Assembly (NCBI GenBank): GCA_048885525.1
Contig: JBHLLP010000030.1
Coordinates: forward strand, 1 to 42,554
Direction of reading: 5' to 3'
Length of the DNA stretch: 42,554 bases
DNA from: Candidatus Hermodarchaeota archaeon
GTDB lineage: Archaea; Asgardarchaeota; Lokiarchaeia; Sigyniarchaeales; SOKP01
Under the pieces are notes generated by a model that did not search any database, had not been told where the DNA came from, and worked only from the letters and a program-made list of their open reading frames with translations. Position numbers and translations under genes: made by a program. Positions 39,313 to 42,554 of this stretch are shown one piece after another; position 1 is the stretch's first letter; every line of letters starts with the position of its first letter.

Positions 39313-39747
39313 TTAACCTTTGACTTTTACACTTTCTTTCTTACTTTCCTGTTCCTTATTCTTTTCGGTAGGACTTTTCAATCTTACAGAGTATATTTGC
39401 TTTATCTCCATTAAGTCCTCACACTTTTCGCACTTATCTTTCCTCTTAAAGACAAAATCTCCTTTTTCATAATTTCTAACCTTTGTAAGTCCACATAATT
39501 TACAGATTAGAATTGTTAGAGTTTGTCTTATGGGTTCAGCAGGACTTTTTTGGAATTGAATTAATGTAGCCCCAAAACAAATTAATATAAAACCAATTGA
39601 CCAACTTGAGATTTGATCGGGTCCAAAATCAAGATAAATGAATAGAACTCCAACAACTATTAATATAATAAACAAAATGTTTTTTAAAATGCTTTTAAAA
39701 GTTATTCTTTTTTTTAATATTTCCTCATCGTCTTCTTCTTCAATCAT
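39313..39747 (-). CDS. Small membrane protein with C-terminal zinc ribbon
   Basis: Two hydrophobic helices, then CKLC...R.Y..GD.V...CEKC. Confidence 0.75.
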   Translation of the reverse strand: MIEEEDDEEILKKRITFKSILKNILFIILIVVGVLFIYLDFGPDQISSWSIGFILICFGATLIQFQKSPAEPIRQTLTILICKLCGLTKVRNYEKGDFVFKRKDKCEKCEDLMEIKQIYSVRLKSPTEKNKEQESKKESVKVKG

Positions 39748-39865
39748 AGGGATTGTCCAAATATCTTCTTTCCTATGCTTTATAATAGAAAAGAATAAAT
39801 AAATTTTTTTATTATTAAAATTTAGTAGAGTAAAATTTTAACACATAACCTAATTTAAAAAAGAG

Positions 39866-41005
39866 ATGAAGATAATTTATCAAGCAGCCCAGAGCACAGA
39901 TCCCGTTTCTCTTATTATATCATTATTGTGGTTATTGCTAATATTTGTTTCAATGTTTTATGGACAAAAAATACAAGCATGGAAAGCTTCTAAAGAAATT
40001 CAAACAGCTTTAGAAAAATTAAAAAAGTGGAATGATGAATGTAAAGAAATTTTAGTCAGCAACTTTAAAGAATTTGCTGATAAAAAGAAAACTCAGAAGG
40101 ATTTACTTATTCAACTTGAAGATTTCATTACATTCATGACAATTACTCCTGTCTCTCTTGATCCTTATGGAATTATTCCCAAATTTGACCATATTCTTGA
40201 TGTAAGAGAAAATAGATTTAAAGAAGAAGTAGAAATATTAGCTCCAAATGCGGATAGTGTTCAAAGATCTAATTTGGAAATTTTAGTAGAAGCAACAATG
40301 GCAATAGATTTCATTTACAGATTAATAAGACACTACCTTATATTAGGAAAAAAATCAAAATCAATGATATTATTGCTACAAATTTCATATCAATTAGGGC
40401 TAATTATGAGTATGGCTAAAGCTTATTATCATGCTGCTAAAGCTTTTTCAGAGGGTAGTCCTATTGGAGATGGATTAGGACCCTTAGTTGCAGCAAGTTT
40501 TATAAGATCTGTATCAAATGGAGACATTTTTGCTAATGAAATCGCAAAAGACACAATAGTACAAGAAGTTGAGTTTGAAGATCGAACAATTTATGTTGTA
40601 CGAGCTAAAGGTCCAGGAGGAACTGTTGGAAAACCAGGTAAGGCCATTAAGAAATTAATTGAACAATATGGAGATTCAATAACAAGAATAATTATGATTG
40701 ATGCAGGTATGAAGCTTACTGGCGATAAAACTGGTTCAATAGCAATTGGAGTTGGAGCCGCAATAGGGGGCCCAGGAATTGAAAAATATTATATAGAAGA
40801 ATCAACAACTGGTAAATCAATTCCTATTGATGCACTTATTTGCAAAGAATCATTAGAAGATGCTATAACAACAATGAAACGTCCGATTACTCAATCTGTT
40901 GCAAATTTTGTTGAAAAAATAAAATTGGCTATCAGAACACGAACAGAGAAAGGCGCAAAAATTATTATAGCAGGGATTGGAAATACGATTGGAATTGGTG
41001 TTTAA
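39866..41005 (+). CDS. DUF1512-family archaeal membrane-anchored protein
   Basis: N-terminal TM helix, LDPYGII, PIGDGLGPLVA, GPGGTVGKPG, IIMIDA, GVGAAIGG, C-terminal GIGNTIGIG; family recognised from memory. Confidence 0.75.
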   Translation: MKIIYQAAQSTDPVSLIISLLWLLLIFVSMFYGQKIQAWKASKEIQTALEKLKKWNDECKEILVSNFKEFADKKKTQKDLLIQLEDFITFMTITPVSLDPYGIIPKFDHILDVRENRFKEEVEILAPNADSVQRSNLEILVEATMAIDFIYRLIRHYLILGKKSKSMILLLQISYQLGLIMSMAKAYYHAAKAFSEGSPIGDGLGPLVAASFIRSVSNGDIFANEIAKDTIVQEVEFEDRTIYVVRAKGPGGTVGKPGKAIKKLIEQYGDSITRIIMIDAGMKLTGDKTGSIAIGVGAAIGGPGIEKYYIEESTTGKSIPIDALICKESLEDAITTMKRPITQSVANFVEKIKLAIRTRTEKGAKIIIAGIGNTIGIGV

Positions 41006-41225
41006 ATTCTACAGTTTTTTTAACGAATTTTCTTATCTTTTCAAATCATTTTAATTATTTTTTTTTATGATCTTTAAACATGAAAGCAAATAGCAAAAAT
41101 TAGTTCATAAGAAAAATAGAAATGATTTTATAATTAAGGGAATACAATTAATTAATTAATTTATTTAATTAAATGAACCTTAAAATAGACAATTAAGTTA
41201 AAATTATAATTGAGGTGTAAAGATT

Positions 41226-42554
41226 ATTTACGGTTATATGGGAAAGATTCTAAGAGTGGATCTAACAAATGGAAAAATTAGTGAAGAATTTCCTGATGAA
41301 GAAACATTAAAACTGTACTTAGGTGGAGCGGGACTAGCTACAAAATATTTAATTGAAGAGGTACCAAAAGGAATAGATCCTTTAGGACCCAAAAATAAAT
41401 TAATTTTTATGACAGGACCATTAACAGGAACTCCATCACCTAGCACAGGGAGATATTGTGTTGTAGCAAAATCTCCACTTACGGGTATTTGGGGCGAAGC
41501 AAATTCAGCTGGTTTTTGGGGGCGAGATCTTAAAAGATCAGGATTTGATGGAGTAATTTTCGAAGGAGTATCTCCAAAACCGGTTTATCTTGTTACAGAA
41601 GATGGAAAAGCTGAACTTAAAGATGCTTCACATCTTTGGGGTAAGAATACTTCAGAAACAACTAGGATTATTAAAGAAGATCTAGGTGATAAATTTAATG
41701 TTTCTTGTATAGGTATTGCAGGCGAAAACCTAGTAAAATATGCTGCAGTTATGAATGATTGTGACAAACCAAATTATGGTAGAGCCGCGGGGAGATGTGG
41801 TATGGGTGCTGTAATGGGTTCTAAGAAAGTAAAAGCTATAGCTTCTAAAGGAAATGCTAAGATTGAAGTCGCAAATCCAGAGGAATATAAGGCTGAAGCA
41901 AAACAGAGATATGATTGGGTTAATGAAAGCTTATTGAAAATGACACTTGAAGTGTTCGGTACAGCAACTTTGGTAGATTTAGTGCAGGTAAAAGGTGGTT
42001 TACCAACCAGAAATTGGCAAACTGGAATTTTTGAGGGCGCAGAAAAAATAAGTGGAACCGCAATTAACGAAACTATTCTTACTGGCAGAAAAGCTTGCTT
42101 TGCATGTCCAATTGCTTGTGGACGTCTTGCTGAAATTAAAGAAGGTAAATATAAAAGCGAAGGAGAAGGACCAGAATATGAATCAATTGGATCTCTTGGT
42201 ACTATGTGTGGAGTTGATAATTTGGAGGCTATTACTTTAGCCCATTTCCTTTGCAATGAATATGGGCTTGATACAATTTCAGCTGGAAATACAATGGGAT
42301 TTGCAATGGAATGCTTTGAAAAAGAGATATTAACTAAAGAACATACTGAAGGACTCGAGCTTAATTTTGGTGATGCTGATCTAATTATTGATCTTATTCC
42401 TAAAATAAGTAGAAGAGAAGGTGTTGGTGATTTACTCGCGGAAGGAACAAGAATAATGGCAGAAAAATTAGGAAAAGATTCTATTAAATTTGCAATGCAG
42501 GTTAAAGGTTTAGAACTTCCTGCATATGATAGTAGAGCTGCTAAGATCACAGGA
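41226..42554 (+). CDS. aor: Tungsten-dependent aldehyde:ferredoxin oxidoreductase family protein, 3'-truncated; absent from the ORF track
   Basis: Manual translation: YGYMGKILRVDLT, YLGGAG, DPLGP.N, KSPLTG, AGRCGMGAVMGSK, CFACPIAC, GPEYE, GLDTIS, VKGLELPAYD. Start is ATT 41226 (SD GAGGTG 8 nt upstream) or ATG 41238. Confidence 0.93.
   Translation, partial: MYGYMGKILRVDLTNGKISEEFPDEETLKLYLGGAGLATKYLIEEVPKGIDPLGPKNKLIFMTGPLTGTPSPSTGRYCVVAKSPLTGIWGEANSAGFWGRDLKRSGFDGVIFEGVSPKPVYLVTEDGKAELKDASHLWGKNTSETTRIIKEDLGDKFNVSCIGIAGENLVKYAAVMNDCDKPNYGRAAGRCGMGAVMGSKKVKAIASKGNAKIEVANPEEYKAEAKQRYDWVNESLLKMTLEVFGTATLVDLVQVKGGLPTRNWQTGIFEGAEKISGTAINETILTGRKACFACPIACGRLAEIKEGKYKSEGEGPEYESIGSLGTMCGVDNLEAITLAHFLCNEYGLDTISAGNTMGFAMECFEKEILTKEHTEGLELNFGDADLIIDLIPKISRREGVGDLLAEGTRIMAEKLGKDSIKFAMQVKGLELPAYDSRAAKITG

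Noticed and set aside
41774-42550. 258-aa minus-strand ORF, plus 41234-41446, 41585-41767 and 42052-42240
   Set aside because: Antisense or off-frame shadows of the aor gene, which the ORF track missed because it lacks a stop in the window.

Overview
Very AT-rich archaeal DNA. Archaeal/eukaryote-type PheRS and IleRS, archaeal PPAT, DUF1512 and a tungsten AOR fit an Asgard (Lokiarchaeia-like) origin, which is inference. A ~32 kb surface-glycan locus (2154-34011) lies between ileS and an rph / chorismate mutase / pheTS / coaD block. It contains: (i) a heptose operon (hddA, gmhA, gmhB and an RfaE-like kinase lacking its catalytic motif) interleaved with non-oxidative pentose phosphate genes (rpe, tal, split tkt); (ii) a sulfate-activation operon (RHH protein with an RLxxLGY tail, sat, AlkP-superfamily enzyme, cysC) with no canonical sulfotransferase; (iii) an ABC-2 exporter; (iv) CDP-, GDP- and UDP-sugar modifying enzymes, glycosyltransferases and three methyltransferases. 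Three genes (rmlD-like, coaD, aor) appear to start at AUA/AUU codons behind strong Shine-Dalgarno motifs. A bacterial-type RNase PH is present. No rRNA, tRNA, CRISPR array or mobile element was recognised.
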